The position numbers and the translations under genes are program-made. The notes under the pieces were generated by a model. That model saw only the letters and a list, made by a program, of their open reading frames with translations. It did not search any database and was not told the DNA's origin. Positions 12,899-23,061 of a stretch of DNA of 64,000 nucleotides are shown here, in pieces; position 1 is the stretch's first letter; every line of letters starts with the position of its first letter. The DNA is from an uncultured Acidimicrobiales bacterium (GTDB lineage Bacteria > Actinomycetota > Acidimicrobiia > Acidimicrobiales > SZUA-35). The stretch covers positions 683 to 64,682 of the forward strand of contig CAVRSZ010000005.1 in NCBI GenBank assembly GCA_963723995.1, read 5' to 3'.

Positions 12899-13536
12899 GT
12901 TGTTTCCATCTGCTCGTCGCGCCCGAGGCCGTCGGCCAGCCGCTTCAACCCCAGGCGGATTCGGGATTTCGCCGTGCCCTCACTCGTGCCGATGGCAACG
13001 GCGACCTGTCGAAAGGTTAGCCCCTCGAAGTAGGCGAGCTGAATCGCTCGGCGCTGGTCGGCCGGTAGGGCCTCCAGCGCCAGGCGAAGACGTTGTCCTG
13101 CCATCATGGCCAGGGCCGACTCGGCGACGTCGGGTGACGGCACTGGCTGGAATCGATTGGCCCGCTCCTCCCGGGCCGTTCGACGGCCCTGCCGACGGAG
13201 GTGATCGATACATCGCCGGCGGGCCACCGTTACCAGGAAGGCCCGTAGAGAGCCGCGGTCGGGGTCGATCCGCTCGGGATGATCCCACAGCGTGACAAAG
13301 ACCTCCTGGCAGATGTCCCGCGCCTGGTCGGTTCCGACCAGGCGCGTCGCCAAGCCGTACACCACCGGCCCGTACTGATCGTAGGCGGCAGCCAGCGCCG
13401 AATCGTCACCGGCCGTGATGCGGTCGAGCAGCTGGTGCTCCCAGGCGCTGGCTGACGTTGCCACCAACGCCCAGCGTAGACCACGGTTGAGGCTTCTGGC
13501 TCGGTGTGGGGGGCATTCGGCGGCAGCCTCGATCAT
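12895..13536 (-). CDS. ECF RNA polymerase sigma factor (SigK-like)
   Basis: DICQEVFVTLW, LAYFEGLTFRQVA, GTAKSRIRLGL; start codon uncertain. Confidence 0.9.
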   Translation of the reverse strand: MIEAAAECPPHRARSLNRGLRWALVATSASAWEHQLLDRITAGDDSALAAAYDQYGPVVYGLATRLVGTDQARDICQEVFVTLWDHPERIDPDRGSLRAFLVTVARRRCIDHLRRQGRRTAREERANRFQPVPSPDVAESALAMMAGQRLRLALEALPADQRRAIQLAYFEGLTFRQVAVAIGTSEGTAKSRIRLGLKRLADGLGRDEQMETT

Positions 13537-13542
13537 CGTCGA

Positions 13543-14367
13543 TCAAGCGAACAAGGGAGACGTGAGCCCGTTCCGCATGGCCACCTCGACGATTCCCGGG
13601 AAGGACTCCTCGCTCGGCTCGCCCGGCTCGACGTTGGCATCGAAATCGGCAAAGAACATCGAGGCTCGGTGACCCGACGTGATCACCTGGACGCGGGCCC
13701 CGTGACTGAGAATGCGGTAGGAGTGCAGGGTGCCGGCCGGAACCGTGACGACGTCCCCGGGCCGGACCGTCGTCTCGGCGTCGTCCATGGTGACCAGGAC
13801 ATCGCCTTCGATTCCGATGTAGGCCTCGTCCCACGGGTGGGCGTGGGGCGGTGGTCCGGACTCAGCCGGTCCTGTCAGCTCGAAGATCTCGAAGCCTTCG
13901 CCGGCGCGCTTCACCTCGATGGTGTCGGCCAGAACCTTGAGGGTCGCCCCCTCGAGCCGGTCGGCCCGGGCCGACATTGCCCGCTCGTGGATGGCGTAGT
14001 CAAAGACGTGCTGGAAGCTCACCACCTTCCCGTCGGGGCCGAAACGCCATAGGTGGACCTCCTGGGTCGGTGGCACCTCCCCGCCATCGATGATCCGGCC
14101 GGCATGCATGACGGGCACCGCCACCAGATCACCACCGTCGCACAACGCCTCCGGCTCGAATCGGGTCAGCTCCAGATTCGCCATCAGGTCGGAGAAGAAC
14201 TCCGCCACCTCCTGTCGACCTCGGCGCTCTCGAAGATACGGGATCCCTGTGTCCCGCAACCCTCGGTCCCACTCCACATCGTCGGCCAGACATTCGAGAA
14301 TGGCCGGAACGTCTCCACGACCGAATGCCTCGTAGATCAACACCACCGTTTTCATGTTGTCAGCCAT
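13543..14367 (-). CDS. SnoaL/NTF2-like plus cupin fusion protein
   Basis: YEAFGRGDVPAILECLADDVEW; GPPPHAHPWDE...PAGTLHSY. Confidence 0.85.
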   Translation of the reverse strand: MADNMKTVVLIYEAFGRGDVPAILECLADDVEWDRGLRDTGIPYLRERRGRQEVAEFFSDLMANLELTRFEPEALCDGGDLVAVPVMHAGRIIDGGEVPPTQEVHLWRFGPDGKVVSFQHVFDYAIHERAMSARADRLEGATLKVLADTIEVKRAGEGFEIFELTGPAESGPPPHAHPWDEAYIGIEGDVLVTMDDAETTVRPGDVVTVPAGTLHSYRILSHGARVQVITSGHRASMFFADFDANVEPGEPSEESFPGIVEVAMRNGLTSPLFA

Positions 14368-14424
14368 TGCTGTTTCTCCTTCGAAACGGATCCGCTCCCC
14401 ACTGGAACGGTCTCCTGAGCAAAG

Positions 14425-14450
14425 TTCGCCACCAGAGCGAGAACGGATCA
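14425..14450 (-). promoter_or_regulatory. putative SigK-type ECF promoter
   Basis: TGATCC-N15-GCGAA upstream of the SnoaL-cupin/sigma/anti-sigma operon. Confidence 0.6.
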
Positions 14451-14762
14451 CCGGTCAAATGAGCTGCGGTGAACCCGGGGCGGGCACATGAACCTCATAC
14501 CTCGGCCCTCCGCCGGGCTGGTTCCAGGGCCGAAGGAACGCCGGAAGGGCGGCCGATCGGCCGCCCTTCTTCGCCACTGGTTTTCGCTGCCGCTGGCCAC
14601 ATGACAGCTTGCGAGCCTGTGAACTCGATCTTGGCACGGCTGCCAGGGCCGGTCAGAGCCAGACAGGCGTCATCGGCTCGTGGTCGTTCCCCGGGGCGAG
14701 CCCATCTTCTTCGAGGTAGGGCGGAGTACGCCCCCGGGCTGATTCGTCAGGATCTGGTCCGA

Positions 14763-15381
14763 TCAGAGATCGGCCGGCCGCAGCACGAAACTGATGCCGT
14801 GGGCGATTCCGTTGCTGGCCTGGATGTCGAGCTTGCTGCGAACCAGGAACGGGTTGACGTCGTCGGGGTCGTTGTCAACCAGCTTGGCGGTGCCGAACCG
14901 GGGATAGGGGTAGACCTTGATGTCGCCGCCCTGCAGGGTGGTGAGCGCAGTACCCTTGGGCACGCTCAGCGCCGCCGCCGAGTCGATCTGACCCGAGACG
15001 GCGTGATAGAGGATGACGGTCTCGAGGGTGCCGGGTGCGGACGTTTCGAGTTCGACGAGCTTGTCGAGAATCCTTGCCTCACTGGCGAACCAATAGCGGA
15101 ATCCATACAGGTCGGCCACGAGTGCCTGGAAGGCACGGTCGTTCGGTATGAACACGGTGAGGTCGGCATCGGGATTGTCGAGCGCCTCGCTCAGACCGGC
15201 CGCAGCGACACCGGCGGCCAAGATATCGAAGTCGTACCAGTTGCGGTCGGTACCATCTCCCTGCGCCTCGAGGATGTCGGCAAGGGTGGGGCCATCCTGG
15301 GCAGCCGCCGGGGCTGCGATGGCCGTACTGCCGAGCAGACGTGAGCACCGCCGCAGCAATTGCGAACTTACGAAACATCAT
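14763..15381 (-). pseudogene. secreted fasciclin (FAS1) domain protein with a frameshift in the signal peptide
   Basis: LTVFIPNDRAF, ILYHAV, ASNGIAHGISFVL; MFRKFAIAAAVLT and LLGSTAIAAPAAAQ are in different frames near 15339. Confidence 0.8.
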
Positions 15382-15439
15382 GGTCAGGTTTCTCCTTGTT
15401 AGAACGCCCCGCCGGACGCACCGGGATAGTAGGGCCCTG

Positions 15440-15465
15440 TACGAACAAACCGGACGTCTGGATGC
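15440..15465 (-). promoter_or_regulatory. putative SigK-type ECF promoter
   Basis: GCATCC-N15-TCGTA upstream of the fasciclin gene. Confidence 0.55.
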
Positions 15466-15592
15466 ATGGACCTGCCACCACCAGCGCGTTCACCGCGAGG
15501 ACTGTGGGCTGTCGGCCGCTTCTCCGCAGTCCGGAAGAGGCCTTCGTCGCCGGACGCAGGGGTCCGGCGATGCAGGCCGAGACCGGGCGAGT

Positions 15593-16597
15593 TCAGAACT
15601 CGATGACGAGCCTGCCGCGGCCGTGGCCTTCGCTCAGACCGGCGATGGCTTGCGGCGCCTCTTCGAGTGGGTAGGTGGCGGTGACGACCGGGGCGAGCTC
15701 GTTAGCTTCGAGACTGCCCTTCAGGGCAGCAAGGTCCTCGTGGCCCCTGGTCTGTATGAGTGCGATCAGTCGTTGATCGATGAACCGCGACAAGATGGAG
15801 GCCCGCAGCCAGCGGCTCAGCGCCTTGAACCAACTCTGCTGCGATGTGGGAACGCCCGACTGGCCGACCATGACGAGTGTCCCGTCGGGACGCAACGCAC
15901 AACGCAGTTCGGTCAGGGTCCGGTTCCCGGCCATGTCGAGGATCACGTCATAGCGATGGTCACCCCGGGCGAAGTCATCCTCCGTGTAGTCGATGGTGTG
16001 ATCGGCCCCGAGGGACCGCACGAGGTTGAGGTTCCTCTTGCTGCAGACCCCGGTCACGGTGGCTCCCCGAGCCTTGGCCAACTGGACGGCGAAAGTGCCC
16101 ACGCCGCCCGACGCACCGACGATCAAAACATCGTCACCCGACCCGACGCCTCCCTTGCGCAACGCCTGCAATGCAGTCAACCCGGCCATGGCCACTGTTG
16201 CCGCGCCGGCGAAATCCAGGTTTGCCGGCTTGGCCACCAACGCCTTTTCGGCGACCGAGACATACTCGGCGAGGGCACCCGTCGACCATCCGAACACCGC
16301 ATCACCGGGCTGAAACCCGGTCACCTCGGCGCCGACGGCCTCGACCTCTCCGGCAAAGTCCAGGCCGGGAACATGCGGCTTCGAAGTGCGTACCCGGGTC
16401 ACCAGCCGGCCGATCGACCGCACCGCCGCCGGCAGGTCCCAGCCATACATCTTGGCCGAGGCGGCCCGGACCCGCACCAACACCTGGTCATCGCCGACAT
16501 CGGGCATGTCGACGTTGTCGATGCGTACCGCTCCTTCCGCCGACACGAACCGGTCCTGAACCAGCGCCCTCATCTTGGTGGAAGTGCTCTTCGCCAT
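15593..16597 (-). CDS. NAD(P)-dependent MDR-family alcohol dehydrogenase/quinone reductase
   Basis: PGLDFAGEVEAVG, GASGGVGTFAVQLAK. Confidence 0.9.
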   Translation of the reverse strand: MAKSTSTKMRALVQDRFVSAEGAVRIDNVDMPDVGDDQVLVRVRAASAKMYGWDLPAAVRSIGRLVTRVRTSKPHVPGLDFAGEVEAVGAEVTGFQPGDAVFGWSTGALAEYVSVAEKALVAKPANLDFAGAATVAMAGLTALQALRKGGVGSGDDVLIVGASGGVGTFAVQLAKARGATVTGVCSKRNLNLVRSLGADHTIDYTEDDFARGDHRYDVILDMAGNRTLTELRCALRPDGTLVMVGQSGVPTSQQSWFKALSRWLRASILSRFIDQRLIALIQTRGHEDLAALKGSLEANELAPVVTATYPLEEAPQAIAGLSEGHGRGRLVIEF

Positions 16598-16770
16598 GTC
16601 TCAACCGTCGCATCGACCTCGATCCAGTGGAAGGGAACAAGGTCATGTTGCTCTCGGCCGATCGGGTGCCCCGTCCAGACCTTCGCAGGCACCCCATCGA
16701 CGGCGGCCACGCCGGCCCGACGTGATGGAGGTGGGGAATTCGTCGGGACCGTCGACTGTTTAACCCTCCC

Positions 16771-17361
16771 ATGAACCTTCTGAGAAACAAACATCTGCTC
16801 GGTGGAGCCGGTGTTGTCGTGTTGGCGATCGCAGCCTGGCTGGCATTCGGCTTCTTCGGAATCCAGGCCACCTTCACCGACAACGAGGTCAACGAGGCGG
16901 GACCGGTCTTCACCGCAACCGACGCCGAACAGGACGCAGTCGCCGCCAGCGACGAGTTCCAGGACGCAATGGCGGAGTCGAACGAGAACATGTCCGAGGC
17001 CGACGAGTCGGTCGAGGACATGGCGCAGGACTCCGCCGGCGAGATCCTCACCGTTGCCACCGGCGATTTCGGGGGCGAATCCCGCTACACCATCACCGGC
17101 GAGGCCCTGGTCCTGAACGACGGCGGGCCCCAGCGGTTCCTGCGATTCGAGAATTTCGAGTCGGACAACGGGCCCGATCTCAAGGTCTACCTGCGGGCCG
17201 CCGGCGGAGACTTCGTCAGCCTCGGTGACCTCAAGGGCAACGTCGGAGATCAGAACTACGAGATCCCACCGGAGGTGGACCTGGCGGTATTCGACACCGT
17301 CGAGATCTGGTGCGAACGGTTCGGAGTGGGATTCGGCTCGGCACCGCTGACCCTGACCTGA
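16771..17361 (+). CDS. DM13-domain protein
   Basis: GPDLKVYL, LKGNVGDQNYEIP, IWCERFGVGFGSA. Confidence 0.92.
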   Translation: MNLLRNKHLLGGAGVVVLAIAAWLAFGFFGIQATFTDNEVNEAGPVFTATDAEQDAVAASDEFQDAMAESNENMSEADESVEDMAQDSAGEILTVATGDFGGESRYTITGEALVLNDGGPQRFLRFENFESDNGPDLKVYLRAAGGDFVSLGDLKGNVGDQNYEIPPEVDLAVFDTVEIWCERFGVGFGSAPLTLT

Positions 17362-17416
17362 TCAGAGATCCGCCGGCCGCAGCACAAACTGATGCCGGGC
17401 GATTCCGTTGCCGGCC
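17360..17416. repeat. degenerate direct copy of 14761-14820 (fasciclin 3' end)
   Basis: GATCAGAGATCnGCCGGCCGCAGCAC(G)AAACTGATGCC(GT)GGGCGATTCCGTTGCnGGCC at both sites. Confidence 0.85.
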
Positions 17417-17474
17417 GGAGAGCCGTCATAATCGACGGATGATCCCGGCAACCGTGTGGTCCTCCCGACCGTGG

Positions 17475-18305
17475 TTACCGAAGAGATGCCAGGGTGGCCT
17501 GCTCGGCGGCATCGACGTGAGCCTGGATGGCCTTGTCGTAGTTGTATCGAAGTTTGGCCAGATCGTTGTAGCGGCCTGCAGGTTTGCCGGTCGGGAGCAC
17601 GCGAACGTCGACGTCGTCGCCGACGGCCTCGAGTTCGCTGTGGAAGCGGTGCCGGCGGGCGATCTCGAACGACACCATGGCCACATCCCACGGATGGCGG
17701 GGCGCCTTCAACGGGTCATCGATATGGCCGACATGCAGGACGTAGATCTCGGTTGCCCCCAGCTGGATGGCCCGAGAGACGGGGATGGAATTGACCACGC
17801 CTCCGTCGATGTAGTGTTTGCCCTCGACCGCGACCGGGGGCAGAACACCGGGGAGGGCACACGATGCCAACACCGCGTCGAGAACCGAACCTTTGGTGAA
17901 CCAATGCTCGGTCGAGGTTTCTATGCAGGCAGCGCAGGTCTGGACCTCGATATGAGCCTCCTCGAGTTTCGAGTACGGCACCCACTGCTCGATGAGGTTG
18001 GCCAGCGGTTCGTTGGTGTGGAAATGTGTCCAGTGGTCGAACAGGTGGCGAATCCGTGCGAACAGGGATTCGCCGAACAGTGAGGAGGCCTCCATCTGCT
18101 CCCACATCCGGGTCAGTCGCTCCACCGACTCGTCGACCGGGGCCGAGGCCAGGACGACGCCATTGAGGGCACCGATCGATGTTCCCACGATCAGGTCGGG
18201 CCTCAGACCCTTGGTGACCAGAGCCTTGGCCATACCCACTTCGGAGGCACCTCTGAGGCCTCCTCCGCCGAGGACCCACGCCGTCTTGCGCTCACGTTGG
18301 GGCAC
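17475..18305 (-). CDS. patatin-like phospholipase
   Basis: GGGGLRG, GTSIG and DGG motifs. Confidence 0.93.
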   Translation of the reverse strand: MPQRERKTAWVLGGGGLRGASEVGMAKALVTKGLRPDLIVGTSIGALNGVVLASAPVDESVERLTRMWEQMEASSLFGESLFARIRHLFDHWTHFHTNEPLANLIEQWVPYSKLEEAHIEVQTCAACIETSTEHWFTKGSVLDAVLASCALPGVLPPVAVEGKHYIDGGVVNSIPVSRAIQLGATEIYVLHVGHIDDPLKAPRHPWDVAMVSFEIARRHRFHSELEAVGDDVDVRVLPTGKPAGRYNDLAKLRYNYDKAIQAHVDAAEQATLASLR

Positions 18306-18472
18306 GACTTCAGCCTACCGGTCGCAGCTGTCGTCGGTTCCAGCCGGTGGTCGACCCACCGGAACGGATGGAACCAGGCCACAACCCAGACACGGGGACC
18401 TGGACCGGGGCGAACCGCGGCGCATAGAATCGGGCAGCGATCCGATCTGCCGAATGGATGTGCTCGTCGGTC

Positions 18473-19501
18473 ATGGAATATGTGCCCCCACGTTGGATCC
18501 GCCGACTCGTTCTCACGCCCATCGTCTTTGTTGTGGCGTTGATCCTCACTGTCGCCTCACCGCTCATTCATCTGGTGGCGGTGACTCTAGACCTGATACT
18601 CGACCGTCGACGGTTCCGCATCACCCGGCTGGTCGGTATCGGCCTGGCTTTTTGTGTGGCCGAGGTCTTTGGCCTGTTCGCGCTCTTCACTGTGTGGGTG
18701 GGAAGCGGTTTCGGTCTCTTCATGGACCGACCGTTCTGGGTCAAGGCCAACAATCTCCTCGCCGGCCAGTACATGGAATTGGTGACGCGGGCCATCATCT
18801 TCTTTGTCGGCTTCGAGTTCTCGCTCACCTTCGACACCCGTGCCCGAGAGGCGCAGCTCCTCTTCGCCCGTCACGCCGGACCGGGGGACGCGCTTCGCCT
18901 CATGAAGATCGTCTTTCGCGATATGGATCGTCACTGCCACGCCGTCGGGGCGGCCAAGCTTCAGTGGGACCCGTTTCTCGACATTGCCGGTGAGCGACTC
19001 GGGTTCCACTACTTGAACCAGAACCCCGCCGACACCGCGCTCGAGCTGGACAGGATCAGGCGGCTCACCGCCGGTATGGGCAACGGTGAAACACTGATCC
19101 TCTGTCCCGAGGGGGGCAACTACACACCAAAACGGCGGGAACGGCGAATCAGCCTTGAACGATCACGTGGTCGTGAGCACCGAGCCGAACTGGCCGAGTC
19201 CTTGAAACACACCCTGCTTCCCAAGACGGGGGGCGTCATGGCCGCCATCGAAGGAGCCCCGGGGGCAACGGTGGTGTTTCTCGGCCACGCCGGGTTGGAC
19301 GATATTCACAGCTTCGGCGCCCTGTGGCGGCTGATGCCGCTCAATCGCACGGTCGTGGCTCACGGTTGGACCGTCTCACTGGCCGACCTACCTCCCGATC
19401 GAGCCGGACGATCCCGGTGGCTGCTCGACCATTGGAGACGGGTGGACGACTGGATCGATGAAATCTTGACCACCCAGGCTGCGGCCAAGGCGGAATCGTG
19501 A
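18473..19501 (+). CDS. PlsC-family acyltransferase
   Basis: RHAGPGD (HX4D) and CPEGGN motifs; N-terminal TM helices; divergent from the patatin gene. Confidence 0.85.
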   Translation: MEYVPPRWIRRLVLTPIVFVVALILTVASPLIHLVAVTLDLILDRRRFRITRLVGIGLAFCVAEVFGLFALFTVWVGSGFGLFMDRPFWVKANNLLAGQYMELVTRAIIFFVGFEFSLTFDTRAREAQLLFARHAGPGDALRLMKIVFRDMDRHCHAVGAAKLQWDPFLDIAGERLGFHYLNQNPADTALELDRIRRLTAGMGNGETLILCPEGGNYTPKRRERRISLERSRGREHRAELAESLKHTLLPKTGGVMAAIEGAPGATVVFLGHAGLDDIHSFGALWRLMPLNRTVVAHGWTVSLADLPPDRAGRSRWLLDHWRRVDDWIDEILTTQAAAKAES

Positions 19502-19679
19502 ACCCGTCCCCCTCGGCACCCTGCCTGGATCAGTCGTTCTTCCTCGGCACCCTGTCGCTACCCGTCGTCCGAACCAATCGTCGTCCCCTGCCGCCCATGC
19601 CGCCATCTGGTTGTTTAACCTTGAGCAATTGTTGTCGCGACTTCAACCCCCTGCGGTTCGTCAGGTATGCATGGGATCA

Positions 19680-20633
19680 ATGGCGGTTAGCCGCGCCGAG
19701 CGCGAACGACGAGAGGGCAAGCGCAGGTTGGCGGCGATCGTCGGGCTGGGCGGTCTCGCCCTGCTCCTGGCCATCGCCTACTGGTGGGCGGTCGGCCAGG
19801 CCGAGCCCGCCCCGGTAGAGGTGTCGGTGACTCTCGCTCCCACCACGGCACCTCCTCCCCCGGTGTCGGAACCGTCGTCGGTACGCATCGAGCGTGACGG
19901 CATCAGTGTGCTCGTGGACGGCACGGTGCAAACCGAATCGGAACGCGATGCCCTGGTAGCGGCCGTCACCAACTCGGGTCTCGAGGTCGACGACCGGATC
20001 GCCGTGTCGCCCGACGTGGACGATTCCGATCCCAGAGTCGTGGCCGCCCTCCTCGCACCGCTGCTCGACGGCACCGACGACGGCGAGCTGGCCCTGCTCG
20101 ACGGTGTGGTCACCATCACCGGCGAGGCCTTGGATCCGGTGGAGGCCGAAGAAATCCAGTCCGCCATCGACACGGCGACCGCAGCCGGGCTCACGGTTGA
20201 CGACCAGACGACGATCCGGGTCCTCCCCGAGGCGGTACAAATCGTCGAACTGCAAAAGGAAATCGACCAGATCTTCGAACTGGCCCGGGAAATCGAAGGC
20301 CAGTATCCAAACTTCGACGTCAGTGTCGAGCAACTCAGTACGGGAGCCAAGACAACCCTCGATCGTGTTGCTGTGGCTTTCCGCCGCTACCCGTTGCCGG
20401 CGGCCGACGTCATCGGCCACACCGACTGGACCGGGTCGGAGGCCACCAATCAGGCCCTCAGCGAGGCGCGGGCCGAAACGGTGATGGACTACCTCGTCGG
20501 TGTCGGCGTGGAGCCCGGTCGTCTCACGGCGATCGGGCGGGGTGAGAGCGAACCGTCGGCCGACAACAACACCGAAGCCGGTCGGGCCGAGAACCGTCGG
20601 GTCGACTTCCTCGTCAAGAAGCGGGAACGGTGA
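19680..20633 (+). CDS. membrane-anchored BON plus OmpA_C peptidoglycan-binding protein (ArfA-like)
   Basis: GHTD..G...NQALSEARA, GRAENRRVDF. Confidence 0.88.
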   Translation: MAVSRAERERREGKRRLAAIVGLGGLALLLAIAYWWAVGQAEPAPVEVSVTLAPTTAPPPPVSEPSSVRIERDGISVLVDGTVQTESERDALVAAVTNSGLEVDDRIAVSPDVDDSDPRVVAALLAPLLDGTDDGELALLDGVVTITGEALDPVEAEEIQSAIDTATAAGLTVDDQTTIRVLPEAVQIVELQKEIDQIFELAREIEGQYPNFDVSVEQLSTGAKTTLDRVAVAFRRYPLPAADVIGHTDWTGSEATNQALSEARAETVMDYLVGVGVEPGRLTAIGRGESEPSADNNTEAGRAENRRVDFLVKKRER

Positions 20634-20648
20634 GGCGAGGGCCGATCC

Positions 20649-21014
20649 GTGTTCCCCTACTTCGTTCCGATCAGCCTTCTGGTTCTCGCCGGCTTCACCT
20701 TGGGCCTTCTGGTCGGCTGGCTGGTCTGGGGATCATCGAAACCGGCCGCCAATCGGGAGCCAGAAGAGCCTGAAGGCCCGGAGGAACCAGAGGAGCGGCA
20801 GGAATCGACTGAGCCGCAGGAGCCGGATGAACCACCGCAACCGAATGAAACGCAAGTGGCGGCGCCGGCCGGCCTGCATTCGGTGTCCCCTGAGTCGACC
20901 CCTGACCCTCCCATCTGGCAGGTGAGGGAGGTCCCCGCGTTCGATGGGTCCGGGTCCGGGGTGTACCCGAACGGTCGTCTCCCTCAGGAGTCGACGAGGT
21001 CGATCGGTCGATAG
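20649..21014 (+). CDS. small membrane protein downstream of the OmpA-family gene
   Basis: N-terminal TM helix and Pro/Glu-rich tail; GAGG RBS. Confidence 0.55.
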   Translation: MFPYFVPISLLVLAGFTLGLLVGWLVWGSSKPAANREPEEPEGPEEPEERQESTEPQEPDEPPQPNETQVAAPAGLHSVSPESTPDPPIWQVREVPAFDGSGSGVYPNGRLPQESTRSIGR

Positions 21015-22867
21015 CCCTTCTTGATCCGCTCGATCCGGTAGTGCGAGTCGGGCTGATCAAGGTAGGAGGGCCGGAAGGGCGGTGGCGCCAGGACGCGGCG
21101 CCGTTGCAGCTCCTCGATCACCGAGGCGTGCACGGTGGCGATCTTGCCGACGAACAGGGTGTCGAGGCGACCGCCGCCGGCCAGGTAATCGATAACCGTG
21201 GTCAGACCGCGCAGGTACACCGAGTCCTTCGTCAGTCCGCCGCCACGAAAGACCCGCATCGTGACCAGGAAGGCCATCCGCTCGGAAAGCCCATACTCGT
21301 CTCGCAGGAGACGGAAGGTGTCGACAAACGTGGCGCCGTCGAGCAGGGCGGCGACCGCTTCGACGCGGGCGGCCAGGATTCGAAGTCGACCGGCGGTGAG
21401 CCCGCCGACGAGGTACTCGACGAAGACGGCCAGTCCTTCCTGGAGCTCATCATGGCCGGCGAGTCCGGTGGCGAGAAGCCTGAACGGCTGCGCCCGCCCA
21501 TTCCAATACGTCAACACGTGGGTGCCGACCTCATGCTGGATGAGGGGTTCCACCCGGTTGGCAGGGAACGACATATTGGCGCCCACGATCAGGTTGCCGG
21601 ACGACACCATCAGCGATGCGGCTTCCTTCTCGACGACGATCCGGCCACCCATCTCGGCCGCGGAGTGATGCAGCCGGTCGAACTCATCCTGAGCTCGGGC
21701 GATGAACTCGCCGGCGGTCACGCTGCGCTGGGCACGCTGCCCACTGCCGGCGGGAAGGTCGTGGAGAATGCCCTGTGCGGATTGCCGCACGTCGTTGGTG
21801 AGGCGGCCGTACAGCCCGAGGCTGGTGTGGACGAACCGCTTTCGTTCCCGCTCGGCCAGCAGCGTCAGCTTCAGGTCGAGTTCTCGTCGCTTCTCTCTGA
21901 ACAGCTGATCCAGAACCGGGTCCTCGACCCGTTCGATCTTGATGTTCCAGAGCCGGCGTTTGAGCAGGTCGGGGTCGACGGTCATCGGGCGGTAGTGGAA
22001 CCGCGGTGCCCGCTCGAACTTGGACCGGCGGAAGGTGTTATAGGCACGTTCGGTGTTGACCGGTGTGACGGCCATGAGCAGATCGAATGACTCGGCAACG
22101 TCGGCGAGCTGCTGATCGACCCGCTTGACGGCGGCCACGAAGGTCCGCCGACCGAGTGCGTGATAGTGCATCGACCGATCGTTGGTTTCGGCCTGGGCGA
22201 ATTCGAACGCAGCTTGTTGGAGACAGCGAGCCATGAGCCGGGCCAGTGTTCTCGCTACCAGGGGCAGCACCTCCCCGGACTCGGGGTCGAGGTAGATCGG
22301 GGCGACCTCGACGCCGAGGACGGTGCCGTCCAGTTCCTCCGTGGCCTTCGCCGGCAACAGCTGGGAAAGGCCTGGTGGTGAGAGCTTCGTGCCGGGCACC
22401 CGCTGCACGGTCGCCGCCTGCTTCATGATCTTGATGCCCCCGAGGGAGGCGACGAGTTTGTCGACCGTGCTCGAACCGTGCCCGTTGTTGCCATAGTGGA
22501 CAGCGAAACCGGGTTTGGCCACGGCCGCAACCGAATCGCGATGGTGCTCCGCCTTGGCCCCGGGCCAGAGCTCGATGACCAGCACCGCACCGAACGCCTC
22601 GGAGAGCTCCGACGTGATCGCTTCGACCAATCTGTTGGTCTGCGCCCTCTCCCGCTTCGAGGCGGGTGCGATGAGATACGACGCGCCACCGGTCAGGATC
22701 GTCGAAAACACGGGGTCGGTTTCGCCGGCGGACGGCCGGTAGACGAACAGGAACGGGAGTTGTCGATCGATATTCACCAGACCGTGATCGGGGAGATTCT
22801 CCCGAATCGGTCGGCCCTGGCGAAGCCGCCCGACGATCGAGTCGATCAGCTCCTGGTCCAACCGCAT
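20984..22867 (-). CDS. DUF1704 / QEGLA-motif zinc metallopeptidase
   Basis: HEVGTH, QEGLA, GGGLTKD..YLRG; start uncertain. Confidence 0.9.
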   Translation of the reverse strand: MRLDQELIDSIVGRLRQGRPIRENLPDHGLVNIDRQLPFLFVYRPSAGETDPVFSTILTGGASYLIAPASKRERAQTNRLVEAITSELSEAFGAVLVIELWPGAKAEHHRDSVAAVAKPGFAVHYGNNGHGSSTVDKLVASLGGIKIMKQAATVQRVPGTKLSPPGLSQLLPAKATEELDGTVLGVEVAPIYLDPESGEVLPLVARTLARLMARCLQQAAFEFAQAETNDRSMHYHALGRRTFVAAVKRVDQQLADVAESFDLLMAVTPVNTERAYNTFRRSKFERAPRFHYRPMTVDPDLLKRRLWNIKIERVEDPVLDQLFREKRRELDLKLTLLAERERKRFVHTSLGLYGRLTNDVRQSAQGILHDLPAGSGQRAQRSVTAGEFIARAQDEFDRLHHSAAEMGGRIVVEKEAASLMVSSGNLIVGANMSFPANRVEPLIQHEVGTHVLTYWNGRAQPFRLLATGLAGHDELQEGLAVFVEYLVGGLTAGRLRILAARVEAVAALLDGATFVDTFRLLRDEYGLSERMAFLVTMRVFRGGGLTKDSVYLRGLTTVIDYLAGGGRLDTLFVGKIATVHASVIEELQRRRVLAPPPFRPSYLDQPDSHYRIERIKKGYRPIDLVDS

Positions 22868-23061
22868 CTTGGCTACGTTCGGCAACTGGCTCTCCGCTTG
22901 TCGATGGCGAGCGACGGAACCGATCGTGACGACGTCCGTCGAGTCTCGCACCGCTCCGATCCTAGTCGGCCGCGCCCTCCACCTTTACACCGGATTCAAA
23001 CGGACCGTAGACTCGGTCACCACCATCTGCGGGCATATTGGACGGGCAAGGAGGAGGCCCC

